Shown piece by piece: positions 37,614 through 47,359 of a DNA stretch of 64,000 nucleotides. Made by a program: the position numbers and the translations under genes. The number at the start of each line of letters is the position of its first letter. The stretch's first letter is position 1. The notes beneath the pieces were generated by a model that did no database searches, was not told the origin of the DNA, and saw only the letters and a list, made by a program, of their open reading frames with translations. This stretch comes from Terriglobia bacterium (GTDB lineage Bacteria; Acidobacteriota; Terriglobia; 20CM-2-55-15): assembly GCA_965198225.1 (NCBI GenBank), contig CBDAOY010000008.1:832001-896000 (forward strand), in the 5' to 3' direction.

Positions 37614-38837
37614 GTGGCAAGTGACGAGCCGGAGGCGCTTCCCCGCGAAATGACTGAGCGGCTCTACTACAACGATCCCTATCTTCTCGAGTTTGATGCG
37701 GAGATTGTCGACCGGTTTCCAGTCGACGCCCGACACGGTCTTGTCTTGGATAGGACCGCTTTCTACCCCACATCGGGAGGACAACCCAACGACACAGGGA
37801 CGATCGCCGGCGGCTCCGTGGTGGACTGCTATGAGGAAGACTCCGGACGGGTTGTTCATGTGCTTGACGAACCGGTTGAAGGCGATCGGGTGCACGCGAT
37901 CGTCGATCGGGAGCGGCGAATCGACCATATGCAACAGCACTCGGGCCAGCATGTTCTATCACAGGCCTTCGTCGAGTTGTTCGGGTGGGGAACCGTGGGC
38001 TTTCACCTCGGCGCGGTTGCTTCAACCATTGATGTGGACGTGGCGGCAGCTTCCGCAGACCAGATCGTGGCTGCGGAGGCATTGGCGAACAGGACCGTGC
38101 TTGGGGACGCTCGGGTCGCCGTGGAATATGTCGAGAATGAGGACCTGGCCGAAGCGGGCCTCCGGAAACCGACCGAACGTACAGGTCGGGTCCGCGTGAT
38201 CGACATCGAAGGGTTCGATCGTTCAGCCTGCGGCGGGACCCATGTCAGGGCGACCGGGCAGATCGGGCCGATCCTGATCACGCGGACCGAACGCGTACGA
38301 AAACAGGTCCGCGTGGAGTTCCTGTGCGGCTACCGTGCGGTGCGACATGGCCGCAACGCGAACAGAGTCCTCAATGAAATCGCGCAGATCACGTCCGCTC
38401 CCGCCCTGCAATCCGTTACCGCCGTGCAGTCGATGAAGGACGAGCTGTTACGTCGGATGAAGACGATCGAGGAACTCCAGACCCGGCTGATAGAACACGA
38501 AGCGGCGTCTTTCCCGCTCGAGGATGGGTTCGCCGTCGCCGTCTGCGAGGATCGAACACCGGATCAGCTCCGGGAGCTCGCGCGGAAGATATGTGTGAAG
38601 CAATCCGCGGTGGTCCTGTTCGCGACGCGGACCGATCCCGCGAGCGTCGTGTTCGCTGCGTCGGAGGATCGATCCGTGGACGTAGGGGCCCTGCTCAAGA
38701 AGGTGATTGCCGTGTTCGGGGGACGTGGTGGCGGGCGGCGAACGCTGGCCCAGGGCGGCATACCCGGTTTGAGCGATCCCTCGATGTTGCTGGAATTCGC
38801 GCGGAAAGCGGCTCTCACCGACGCCGCGGCGACGTGA
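37614..38837 (+). CDS. Alanyl-tRNA editing protein (AlaX with DHHA1 domain)
   Basis: FYPTSGGQPND, MQQHSGQH, ACGGTH and GGRGGG..AQGG motifs. Confidence 0.9.
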   Translation: MASDEPEALPREMTERLYYNDPYLLEFDAEIVDRFPVDARHGLVLDRTAFYPTSGGQPNDTGTIAGGSVVDCYEEDSGRVVHVLDEPVEGDRVHAIVDRERRIDHMQQHSGQHVLSQAFVELFGWGTVGFHLGAVASTIDVDVAAASADQIVAAEALANRTVLGDARVAVEYVENEDLAEAGLRKPTERTGRVRVIDIEGFDRSACGGTHVRATGQIGPILITRTERVRKQVRVEFLCGYRAVRHGRNANRVLNEIAQITSAPALQSVTAVQSMKDELLRRMKTIEELQTRLIEHEAASFPLEDGFAVAVCEDRTPDQLRELARKICVKQSAVVLFATRTDPASVVFAASEDRSVDVGALLKKVIAVFGGRGGGRRTLAQGGIPGLSDPSMLLEFARKAALTDAAAT

Positions 38838-39374
38838 TCACCTGAGCGCCGCCACGATTGCCTCGGAAAAAGGGCCGGCCTGCGTCGGGCCCTCGGCCAT
38901 GATCAGCTTCCCGTCCACGATGAGTTTCTCGCCGACGTAGGTTGCCCCCGCCTTCTTCAGCTCCTCGATGGCCTCGGGCAGGAAGTAGACTGTCGCGTTC
39001 CTCCCTTCCAGCAGGTTTGCTTTGGCCAGAACCACTGTCGAGAGGGATATTGCCGCCACCAGCTTGCCGGCCTCGGCCATAGCCGCGAGTAATTCGGCGA
39101 GCATCTTATCCTTCCAGAAAAGTTCCGGCACAGAGCTTCCGCCCGACAGGACGGCGGCATCGTAGTCCTCCGCGCTGACATCGGCGATGGCGACGGCGGC
39201 CTCGATCATACCCTCCCGCATGCCGCGGCAGGTTCGCGCCTCTCCGGAAGCAACTACGACGTGAGCGCCCTGCTTTTCCAGTATTCGTTTGGGTTCGAAG
39301 ACCTCTTCTTCGCGAAACTGGGTCTGGGGAATTATCAGAAGTACCTTCCTGCCGTCGAGCTTAGTTTCGGCCAT
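38838..39374 (-). CDS. DJ-1/PfpI family protein (catalytic Cys replaced by Ser)
   Basis: FREEE, DYDAAVLSGG and AAISLSTVVLAKA motifs. Confidence 0.85.
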   Translation of the reverse strand: MAETKLDGRKVLLIIPQTQFREEEVFEPKRILEKQGAHVVVASGEARTCRGMREGMIEAAVAIADVSAEDYDAAVLSGGSSVPELFWKDKMLAELLAAMAEAGKLVAAISLSTVVLAKANLLEGRNATVYFLPEAIEELKKAGATYVGEKLIVDGKLIMAEGPTQAGPFSEAIVAALR

Positions 39375-39450
39375 CAGCGATCTCCTCCGTTGTAGCGGAC
39401 GATTATACCCTGTTAGAATCGAGGAGCTTCAGGAGAGGAGAGAGTCACGG

Positions 39451-40200
39451 ATGATTCAGCTGAAAAGCCCACAGGAAATCGACAGGATGAGGACTCCGGC
39501 GCGGATCGACGCGGAAGTTCTGTCGATCGTGCGTGAGAACTGCGTGGAAGGCGTTTCCACCTACGATCTTGATCGAATCGCAGAGGAGGAAACCCTCAAG
39601 CGGGGCGGAAAGCCGACCTTCAAGGGTTACCGGGGCTTTCCGGCGTCACTGTGCACCTCCATCAACCAGGAAGTCGTACACGGCATCCCGTCGAAGAAAA
39701 GGATTCTGAAGTCGGGCGATATCCTGGGCATCGATTTCGGTGTGACATTCGACGGTTTCATCGGCGACCATGCCATGACCGTTCCCATCGGGGAGGTCTC
39801 CGATGAGATCGAGCAACTGCTCCGGGTCACCGAGGAGTCGCTCCACAACGGCATCGAAGCAGCCAGACCAGGCAATTTCCTTGCCGACATTTCTGCCGCA
39901 ATCCAGGGGACGACCGAGCCGTACCAATACGGAATCGTTCGCGAGTTCTGCGGCCACGGTATCGGCCGCGCCCTCCACGAGGATCCGCCGGTCCTCAATT
40001 ATGTCCACAACGGACGGGGTCCGAAAATCAAACCAGGCTTATGCGTCGCGTTGGAACCGATGATCAACCTCGGTACCGACAAGGTCCGCATCCTGGACGA
40101 CGGCTGGACTGTCATCACCGAAGACGCCAAGCCCTCCGCCCATTTCGAACACACGGTCGCCGTTACTCCCGACGGACCGGAGATTCTGACCAAACTGTAG
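39451..40200 (+). CDS. map: Type I methionine aminopeptidase
   Basis: VVHGIP, GHGIG, EPMI and SAHFEHT motifs. Confidence 0.95.
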   Translation: MIQLKSPQEIDRMRTPARIDAEVLSIVRENCVEGVSTYDLDRIAEEETLKRGGKPTFKGYRGFPASLCTSINQEVVHGIPSKKRILKSGDILGIDFGVTFDGFIGDHAMTVPIGEVSDEIEQLLRVTEESLHNGIEAARPGNFLADISAAIQGTTEPYQYGIVREFCGHGIGRALHEDPPVLNYVHNGRGPKIKPGLCVALEPMINLGTDKVRILDDGWTVITEDAKPSAHFEHTVAVTPDGPEILTKL

Positions 40201-40226
40201 CGGCAAAGCCGCTCCAGGTTGGTCGC

Positions 40227-40348
40227 GTAGGCCGTTGTCCGTAGGCCGTTGTCGACCCTCCCCCTGTCACCCCATTCAACGCCAGCGTTGGTTTGCCCCC
40301 CGCGGCGCAGCCGCGAACGGCCTACGGCCTACGCGCAACGGCCTACGG
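40227..40348. repeat. Inverted GTAGGCCGTT arrays between convergent genes
   Basis: GTAGGCCGTTGTCCGTAGGCCGTT ... AACGGCCTACGGCCTACGCGCAACGGCCTACGG. Confidence 0.7.
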
Positions 40349-41239
40349 TCCCGGCGAATAGTACCCGTGCCGATAGTTCGTCTTGTAGCGCGGGGTTTCC
40401 GGAGGGGTCCGGACCTGGATGCGGACCGAACGCCAGGTTCCGTCGCGTCGCGCGTTCGACGGGGCGTAGCCGAGAGTGTAGAGTTCCCGGAGTTCCCGGG
40501 CGATTCGTTCGGTGAGCGCGGGGATTTCGTCGACGCTTTGTGGGAAGAATGCGCGCCCTCCGCTCAAGTCGGCCATCTCTGACAGCGCTGCCCGGGCCCC
40601 GCGGCCCGCCAGCGAGTTGTTCAGGATGCCGATGGGATAGACGGGTACGCCGGAGGATCGGACCTTTTCCAGAACATCGGCAAGCGCGGCAACGCTGGCG
40701 TTGTCGGCGCCGTCAGTGACCAGGAGGATGGCCTTCTGGTCGTACCTGCCTTCCGCCATCTTGCCCAGGCCCTCGATGATGGCGTCGTACAGCGCCGTCT
40801 GGCCGTAGGGGCTGATCGAAGCCAGGGTCTGTTCCAGAAGGAATATGTCGGCGGTGAAGTCGTTCGCCAACCGGACCGTGTCGTCGAAATGGAGAAGAAA
40901 GGCCTCGTCCTGCGGGTTGCTGAGTCGGACGAAGGACACGGCCGCGGCGTCGACCCGATCCTTCCTGCGCTCCATACTCCGGCTGTTGTCGATGATCAGG
41001 CCCAGGCTGACCGGCCGGTCGTCATGGCGGAACAGCTGGATCTGCTGCTCAATTCTATCTTCGAAGATCCGGAAGTCGAGTTCTGTGAGGTTGGGAACGT
41101 TCCGGTCTCCCTCGTCGAGAACCGTCACCTGCAGTTCGACCAGATCGACATTGACGTTGAGGGTGAAGTCGGGGTCCTGCGCCGCCAGGGAGCCGCATAG
41201 ACATAGGAGTAGCACGAGCAGGCCGAGGGTGCGGATCAT
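40343..41239 (-). CDS. Secreted VWA-domain protein (Acidobacteria VWFA-related)
   Basis: VNVDLV, DNSRSM (MIDAS), TALYDA, VTDG and YTLGY motifs. Confidence 0.88.
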   Translation of the reverse strand: MIRTLGLLVLLLCLCGSLAAQDPDFTLNVNVDLVELQVTVLDEGDRNVPNLTELDFRIFEDRIEQQIQLFRHDDRPVSLGLIIDNSRSMERRKDRVDAAAVSFVRLSNPQDEAFLLHFDDTVRLANDFTADIFLLEQTLASISPYGQTALYDAIIEGLGKMAEGRYDQKAILLVTDGADNASVAALADVLEKVRSSGVPVYPIGILNNSLAGRGARAALSEMADLSGGRAFFPQSVDEIPALTERIARELRELYTLGYAPSNARRDGTWRSVRIQVRTPPETPRYKTNYRHGYYSPGP

Positions 41240-41330
41240 GACGACTCGAATGTGCCACCGGCGGCGTCCAGTACTGGTCCGGTGCTGGAAACGAGCGTGG
41301 TCCTCGAGGACCACCCGTCTCCGAGTCCGG

Positions 41331-42596
41331 CTATTGGTTGGGGCCGGGTCTGTTGGAGAACTTCTCGTAGAGCTCCGTATGCTTGCTGTCCAGATCGACG
41401 GGTTTACCCGCGATGAACAGATGCCGCAGGTTCGTGGTGACTTCCATTGGATCGCCCTCGGTCAGGATGATGTTGGCGACCTTGCCTTCCTCCAGACTGC
41501 CAAGCTGATCGCCGACGCCAAGAATCTCCGCCGGATTGATCGTGATCGCCTTCAGGGCTTCCTCCTTCGACAGGCCGAAGGCAACGGCCATACCGGCGAG
41601 GAAGGGGAGGTCCCGTGCGTGAGCCGAGTCGCGGGTGGTGAAAGCAAACCGGATTCCCGCCTCGGCCATCTGGCCAGCGATCGAAAAGACCGCGTCGTAA
41701 GGATCGGCGTCGTTGTCGGGCAGGTCCGTGATGGGTCCCAGGAAGACAGAAGCCCCTGACTCCGCGATAAGGTCGATGGAATCCCGGGCCTGGGTACATC
41801 CGCTGAGTACCGTTTCGAGCCCGAACTCCTCGGCGATCTCCAGCGCCTCTTGAACCTCCTGGTTGGTCTGGACCGTAAAGACCGCAGCCATATCGCCTTT
41901 CACGACCGGAACGAGAGCACGCTGGATGAAATTCTCGCTGGAGTCGACACCCGCATCGATCAGTTTCGCGAACGACTGAGCTTCCCTCAACGTCGTCCGC
42001 AGAAGATCGAGTTCTTCTTCTCGAGCCTCCTCGCGGCGTCGCCGCTGTTGTTGCGGCGTATCCGCGCTGAATTTCAGTTCCGAGGGGAAGTTGATGATCA
42101 TCGCGGCTCCGTCCCGGACGAGCATCTCCTCGGTGACCCACCCGTTCAGGTTGATGATCGCGCCCTGCCCGCCGAACAGCCCACCGCCGGGCGCCGACAT
42201 CACGGTCGTGATCCCGTTGACCCGGGTGACCGGGATGTGCTCGCTGTGCGGACTGATGGCCCCCGATGCCATCATGTGCGGGTTGAGGTCTCCGATTTCG
42301 CTCGTGTCGAGAGTCGCCGCGACCGAGCCGATCTCTCTCAGGCCGACCGACGTATGGGGATCGATCAGCCCGGGATACGCGGTCAGGCCACGTCCGTCGA
42401 TGGTTTCCGTTCGTCGGGGAATCGAGATGTCTTCGCCGATCGCCGCGATTCGTCCGTCCTGAATCAGGATATTCCCCCTGGGAATCGTTTCGCCGGCGCC
42501 GCTGACGATCCCGACATCCCGGATCGCGTAGGTCTGGGCAAGGGCGAGGTGCGGAGTGGCCATTAGCAGGATTGTCAGAAGGAAGCGATTAGTCAT
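41331..42596 (-). CDS. Secreted amidohydrolase-family protein
   Basis: PGLIDPHT, TINPAEILG and GSLEEGKVAN motifs. Confidence 0.85.
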   Translation of the reverse strand: MTNRFLLTILLMATPHLALAQTYAIRDVGIVSGAGETIPRGNILIQDGRIAAIGEDISIPRRTETIDGRGLTAYPGLIDPHTSVGLREIGSVAATLDTSEIGDLNPHMMASGAISPHSEHIPVTRVNGITTVMSAPGGGLFGGQGAIINLNGWVTEEMLVRDGAAMIINFPSELKFSADTPQQQRRRREEAREEELDLLRTTLREAQSFAKLIDAGVDSSENFIQRALVPVVKGDMAAVFTVQTNQEVQEALEIAEEFGLETVLSGCTQARDSIDLIAESGASVFLGPITDLPDNDADPYDAVFSIAGQMAEAGIRFAFTTRDSAHARDLPFLAGMAVAFGLSKEEALKAITINPAEILGVGDQLGSLEEGKVANIILTEGDPMEVTTNLRHLFIAGKPVDLDSKHTELYEKFSNRPGPNQ

Positions 42597-45270
42597 TGTC
42601 CACCTCCTCGGTCCTGGACGCGATGTCCTTCTCCCGGTCGAAGAAGACCTGGCCTTCGATCAACGTCATCTCGACCCGGGCAAAGTTGCTCAGCGGATGC
42701 GCGTTGAAGACTGCGACGTCCCCGTCCTTGCCGACCTCGATGCTTCCGACCCGGTCGTCGATTCCCAGTTGCCAGGCGGGATTGATGGTGATCATCTCGA
42801 GCGCTTCATTCTCTGCGACGTCGCCGTACCGAACCACTTTCGCCGCCTCCTGGTAGAGCCGCCGCACCCGCTCGTTGCTGTCGGAGTTCAGCGAAACGTT
42901 CACGCCGTACTGCGCCATGATCGCCGGGTTGTATGGAATCGCGTCCCAGGCTTCCATCTTGTAGCTCCAGTTGTCGACGAAAGTCGATCCCGCGGCGCCG
43001 TGAGCGGCAATCTCCTGGGCCACCTTGTACCCCTCCAGGACGTGCTGGAGGGTCCGGATCTTGAAACCGAACTCATCGGCGATGTTGAGCAGCATCACGA
43101 TCTCGTCCGCGCGATAGCAATGTGCATGCACGAAAATGTTGCCCCGCAGGATTTCGGCGAGGGTTTCCAGTTTCAGGTCACGCCGTGGGGCGAGGGGGTT
43201 CTCGCCGGCCTGACGGGCATTCTCATAGTCGTCCCATCGCTTCATATACTCCCGGGCGAGCATAAACGATTCACGGAGAGCGTGTTGCACACCCATCCGG
43301 GTGGCAGGGAAGCGGCGAACAGCCTGGCCGGCCGCCCGGGACCGTTTGGGGTTTTCGCCGAGAGCAAACTTGATCCCGGGAGGAGCCCCGAACAGAAGCT
43401 CCTCGGCGGGTCTGCGCCACTTCATTTTCAGGACGGCATTCGTTCCCCCGATGACGTTGGCACTGCCGTGGAGGACGTTCACGATCGTCGTCCCTCCGGC
43501 CAGGGCTCTGTAGATGGCCACGTCGTCGTCCCGTATCACATCACTGATCCGCACGTTGGGAGTGATGGGCGAGGCTCCTTCGTTGCCGCCTCCCTCGATC
43601 GCCATGTGCGAATGGGCGTCGATAATTCCAGGCATGACGAACTTGCCGGTCGCATCGATGACTCGCGCGCCCGTGGGGGTCGCCAGTCCTGGACCCACCG
43701 CGGCGATCTTGCCGTCTCGAATCAGGACATCGCCGTTCTCGATAGTCCCGTTCGTGATCGTCAGGATCGTGCCGTTCTTGATGAGGGTCTGGGACGGAGC
43801 TTCGGTGATGTAGCCGCCGGGCTTGACGATGGCCTCTCGTTCCGTTGCGGATCCGCGTCCTCCGCGCGAATTTCCGCCACGCGGACGATTTCCACCCTGC
43901 GGACGGTTCCCGGCCGTCGTCGTTTCAGGAATGTTGTAGAGCTTCCCGTCCACGAAAACATGCTGCAACACCGTATCTTCGGCGAACGGGTCACCGGTCG
44001 CGACGACGACGTTGGCGATCTTTCCTTCCTCCAGGCTGCCCAGGGCATCGGCGACGCCGAGGATTTCAGCAGCCGACAGCGTCGTCGCGCGGAGGGCCTC
44101 TTCCATCGGAAGGCCTTTCTCGATGGTAGTCCGGATGTTGGAAATGAAGTTCGTGGGCTGGTCTGCGAAACCGGATTGAAGCGCGAAACGAACGCCGGCG
44201 TCCGCCAGAATGGACGGATTCGACTGGAAACTAGCCAACTCATTGGCATCGTAATCAGCGTCCCCGCTGGAACGTCCGAAGCCCGGCTTGGGCTTTCGGC
44301 TGTCGTAGTTCACGCTGACCAGGACCGGGATGTCCTTGTCCTGGAGGATCGCCGCGACGTTGAAGGCTTCCATCCCGCCGGCGAGGATGGGCTGAAGGCC
44401 GAGTTCGTCCGACAGAGCCACCGCCCGTTTCAGTTCGTTGGTCCAGTCGGCGTGAATGATGGCAGGCATGGACTGCTGGACGACCGGGACGATCGCGGCC
44501 AGGACGGGATCGTAGGCAGGCCGGCTCATCCCTCGCGGGTTCGTGTCGAATCGATTCCAGGCGTTGCTGTACCATTCGGCGTCGGCCGCGGCCTGCCGCA
44601 GTACGGCGAAGGCGCCCATCAAAGTCGTCGGATACCCGCCGTTGGCCCGCTGGGGGCTGATGTGCAACCCCACCGGGGTCTTGACGACGAGGTTCTCTTC
44701 ACCGGTGTTGATCAGGACGCTCTGACCTGTCACGATGCCGTCGCGGGAAACGACCAGGGCGCTGGTAATGCCGACGTTGCGGGCCTCTTCTACGTTCTTT
44801 CCAGTCGCGCTCACCTGCGTCGCGAGCTGTCGGTCCGCATGAAGCCCGATAGGCTTCTGGAAGATTGCCTCCAGGGCGTCCTGCGGCGGCTGTTGTTGGT
44901 TCCCGCCCCCGCCTCGTCCACCCCGTCCGCCACGTCCTCCGCGCCCGCCGGCACCGGCAGTCGGTGCCGCTTCGGCAGTCCCGATGTCGGTGAAGCTGTC
45001 GATCAGACCCGGGAAAACGGTCAGGCCCGCCCCATCGATCACGGTGGCCTCGGGCGGTATCATCACAGCGGCGCCGACGGCTTCGATCAATCCATCGCGG
45101 ATGACGACGCTTCCGCTCGCGATCATTGGGCCGGAAACCGGATAGATTCGCGCGTCACGGATGGCATACACGCTCTGGTTTTGAGCGATCAGCGTCGCCG
45201 AACCCGCGGTCAACAGAATCAGCGCGGCGACGATCGCGATGCCTGTGGTTCGAAGGTGATGACTTCGCAT
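42589..45270 (-). CDS. Secreted double-domain amidohydrolase
   Basis: Two amidohydrolase modules; the second has PGIIDAHSH, KFALGENPK, HCYRADE and NSD motifs. Confidence 0.88.
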   Translation of the reverse strand: MRSHHLRTTGIAIVAALILLTAGSATLIAQNQSVYAIRDARIYPVSGPMIASGSVVIRDGLIEAVGAAVMIPPEATVIDGAGLTVFPGLIDSFTDIGTAEAAPTAGAGGRGGRGGRGGRGGGGNQQQPPQDALEAIFQKPIGLHADRQLATQVSATGKNVEEARNVGITSALVVSRDGIVTGQSVLINTGEENLVVKTPVGLHISPQRANGGYPTTLMGAFAVLRQAAADAEWYSNAWNRFDTNPRGMSRPAYDPVLAAIVPVVQQSMPAIIHADWTNELKRAVALSDELGLQPILAGGMEAFNVAAILQDKDIPVLVSVNYDSRKPKPGFGRSSGDADYDANELASFQSNPSILADAGVRFALQSGFADQPTNFISNIRTTIEKGLPMEEALRATTLSAAEILGVADALGSLEEGKIANVVVATGDPFAEDTVLQHVFVDGKLYNIPETTTAGNRPQGGNRPRGGNSRGGRGSATEREAIVKPGGYITEAPSQTLIKNGTILTITNGTIENGDVLIRDGKIAAVGPGLATPTGARVIDATGKFVMPGIIDAHSHMAIEGGGNEGASPITPNVRISDVIRDDDVAIYRALAGGTTIVNVLHGSANVIGGTNAVLKMKWRRPAEELLFGAPPGIKFALGENPKRSRAAGQAVRRFPATRMGVQHALRESFMLAREYMKRWDDYENARQAGENPLAPRRDLKLETLAEILRGNIFVHAHCYRADEIVMLLNIADEFGFKIRTLQHVLEGYKVAQEIAAHGAAGSTFVDNWSYKMEAWDAIPYNPAIMAQYGVNVSLNSDSNERVRRLYQEAAKVVRYGDVAENEALEMITINPAWQLGIDDRVGSIEVGKDGDVAVFNAHPLSNFARVEMTLIEGQVFFDREKDIASRTEEVDND

Positions 45271-45339
45271 GGCGGACCCTCCTGTGGTCCTTCCTCTTTT
45301 CTGGAGCGGTGGATGCCACCTTGGGCCGGCGAGAGCAGC

Positions 45340-45445
45340 TACTCCTCCTTATCAAGGAGGAGAGAGGTGCCGACGGGGTGATTCCTTTTGGCTCAACACC
45401 ACCCCGGCGCTTCGCGCCACCCCTCCTCATCTGAGGAGGGGAAAA
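45340..45445. repeat. REP family A cluster
   Basis: CTCCTCCTTATCAAGGAGGAG and CACCACCCCGGCGCTTCGCGCCACCCCTCCTCATCTGAGGAGGGG. Confidence 0.85.
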
Positions 45446-45552
45446 GGTGGCAACGAATGTAGCACAGGGCAGTCGGGGTGACGCTGGGAAAGAGGAGTCC
45501 GCGAACACCCGCCGGCGTCGCCAGACTCAATGCAGCTTACCGGTAGGGTAAA

Positions 45553-45582
45553 TTGACAGGGGCTGAAGGCTAGTGCTTTAAT
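45553..45582 (+). promoter_or_regulatory. Sigma70 promoter of tRNA-Ala
   Basis: TTGACA-18 nt-TTTAAT with an upstream TG. Confidence 0.6.
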
Positions 45583-45607
45583 TCACCGAGAGCCTTTTGG
45601 CTATCCC

Positions 45608-45680
45608 GGGCGGTTAGCTCAGATGGGAGAGCGCGGCGTTCGCAATGCCGAGGTCGAGGGTTCGATCCCCTTACCGTCCA
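45608..45680 (+). tRNA. tRNA-Ala (CGC)
   Basis: GGGCGGTTAGCTCAG...TT-CGC-AA...GGTTCGATCC...ACCGTCCA; G3:U70 pair; CCA not encoded. Confidence 0.95.
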
Positions 45681-45745
45681 CTCTTCTAGACGCTTGATCC
45701 TTTGGGTTTGGGAATGCTCTGGAGGTTCTTCGGCTCAAGCGTGGT

Positions 45746-45832
45746 GTCAGTGATCAGCCTTCAGCCATTTGTTCCCAAAAGGGGACGATAGTCCCCTCCG
45801 ATTGAGCTGACAGCTGAATGCTGATAGCTGAA
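45746..45832. repeat. Inverted heptamer arrays (GCTGA type)
   Basis: GTCAGTGATCAGCCTTCAGCC ... GCTGACAGCTGAATGCTGATAGCTGA. Confidence 0.6.
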
Positions 45833-45834
45833 CC

Positions 45835-46182
45835 CTACTCCGACCTGCCGATCAAGCTCTCGACCCGGCTCTTGCCTTCCTCCACGCGCTGCTTCGCGTC
45901 GTCAAACACACCGAGAACGCGCTCGCGGCCTGAGAGTGTGAGCCGTTTTCCCCTGTTGAGACCGTCATCGAGCGTTTCGGCGACGTCCTCGACCCAGCCG
46001 TTGACCTGGGAGCGAATGTCGTCCTGCAGGTCGTCGAGCTGTTCGATCTTACGTCGCGCGTATCTCCGGATCTGTTTCCGGGTCCGGACACCGCTGGTGG
46101 GGGCGTACAGGACTGCAAAAGCAGCGCCGGCCAGCACTCCGGCTATGAAGAGTCCGAGGCTTTCTGCCTTGTTGTCTCGCAT
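45835..46182 (-). CDS. YtxH domain-containing protein
   Basis: GVLAGAAFAVLYAPTSGVRTRKQI. Confidence 0.85.
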   Translation of the reverse strand: MRDNKAESLGLFIAGVLAGAAFAVLYAPTSGVRTRKQIRRYARRKIEQLDDLQDDIRSQVNGWVEDVAETLDDGLNRGKRLTLSGRERVLGVFDDAKQRVEEGKSRVESLIGRSE

Positions 46183-46345
46183 GACTGGGCCTCCGTATCA
46201 AGAAGATGAGTAATATGGTACCACCAGGACGGCATGATGGGGCTCATCCGGCATCCATTGGACCTCCCGCCGAACCCTGCCCTCGGATGACAACAGAGTG
46301 CAAAAGCGGTATCGTATTTTTAGAAAAGCCGGAGAACTGTGCGCT

Positions 46346-47281
46346 ATGAGCAAGCAAACCAAGCTTTTGGCCGGAGTCGCGACTTCCGTGGTGGTGGTGG
46401 TGCTGGCATTCGGGTTCCAACGCGGGGAAACTGGTTCCCCTCGATCGACCTCGGCGCAGGATCTGCCGTTCGACGCCGATCGCGCCTGGGGTGACCTTGA
46501 AACCGTGGTGGGATTCGGCCCTCGCCCTGCCGGAAGTGAGAACCTTCAGAAGACGCGAGAGTACATCGTTGCGGAGTTGCGGGACGCCGGACTCGAACCG
46601 CTGTTGGACGAGTTCGTGGCGGCCACCCCGACTGGCGCGATCGAAATGGCCAACATCCGCGCTATCGTTCCCGGCCGGAAAGTGGAAAGCATCGCGGTGG
46701 CCGGGCACTACGACACGAAGCGTTTCGATGTCAGTTTCGTTGGCGCTAACGACGGAGGCTCCAGCACTGCCGTGGTATTGGAGCTCGCGCGAATCAGCGC
46801 CGGACTCGATCTGGAGCACACCCTGGAGTTCATCTTCTTCGACGGTGAGGAGGCCGTCGTCGAATGGAATGCGGACGACAGCGTCTATGGGAGCCGGCAT
46901 GACGTCGATCGCCGTTACGAGGAAGGTACCCTCCGCCGACTGAAAGCCCTGGTTCTTGTCGACATGGTCGGGGACCGGGATCTTGGCGTTCTCGACGAAA
47001 CCTCTTCGACCGACTGGCTGAAGGAAGTGATCTGGGAGACCGCAGCGAGGATCGGATACTCGGGCTACTTCAGGAACGACGGATACGCGATCGAGGACGA
47101 CCACATCCCCTACCTCAATGCCGGAATCGACGCCGTCGACCTGATCGATCTGGACTACCCCTTCTGGCACACCCCCGCAGACACGATCGACAAGACCAGC
47201 GCCGAGAGTTTGAAGGTGGTCGGCGACGTGGTGTACCGCGCCTTGCCCGCCATCGATCAGCGTCTGAATTCGGCCCAATGA
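46346..47281 (+). CDS. M28 family peptidase (glutaminyl cyclase-like)
   Basis: GHYDTK, GANDGGSS, FDGEEA, DMVGD, DDH and WHT motifs. Confidence 0.88.
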   Translation: MSKQTKLLAGVATSVVVVVLAFGFQRGETGSPRSTSAQDLPFDADRAWGDLETVVGFGPRPAGSENLQKTREYIVAELRDAGLEPLLDEFVAATPTGAIEMANIRAIVPGRKVESIAVAGHYDTKRFDVSFVGANDGGSSTAVVLELARISAGLDLEHTLEFIFFDGEEAVVEWNADDSVYGSRHDVDRRYEEGTLRRLKALVLVDMVGDRDLGVLDETSSTDWLKEVIWETAARIGYSGYFRNDGYAIEDDHIPYLNAGIDAVDLIDLDYPFWHTPADTIDKTSAESLKVVGDVVYRALPAIDQRLNSAQ

Positions 47282-47290
47282 AGAAGTGAC

Positions 47291-47359
47291 TGTAGGTGCG
47301 CTCTATGAGCGCACATCGTTTCGGCTCGAACAATGTGCGGGCATAGACCGCACCTACAC
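47291..47359. repeat. Inverted pair of GTAG-type REPs (family B)
   Basis: TGTAGGTGCGCTCTATGAGCGCACA ... TGTGCGGGCATAGACCGCACCTACAC. Confidence 0.85.

Noticed and set aside
42556-45381. 941-aa plus-strand ORF, and similar long ORFs such as 82-1206, 5740-6804, 20533-21717 and 34401-35657
   Set aside because: Antisense shadows of well-supported genes in GC-rich DNA; no recognisable motifs.
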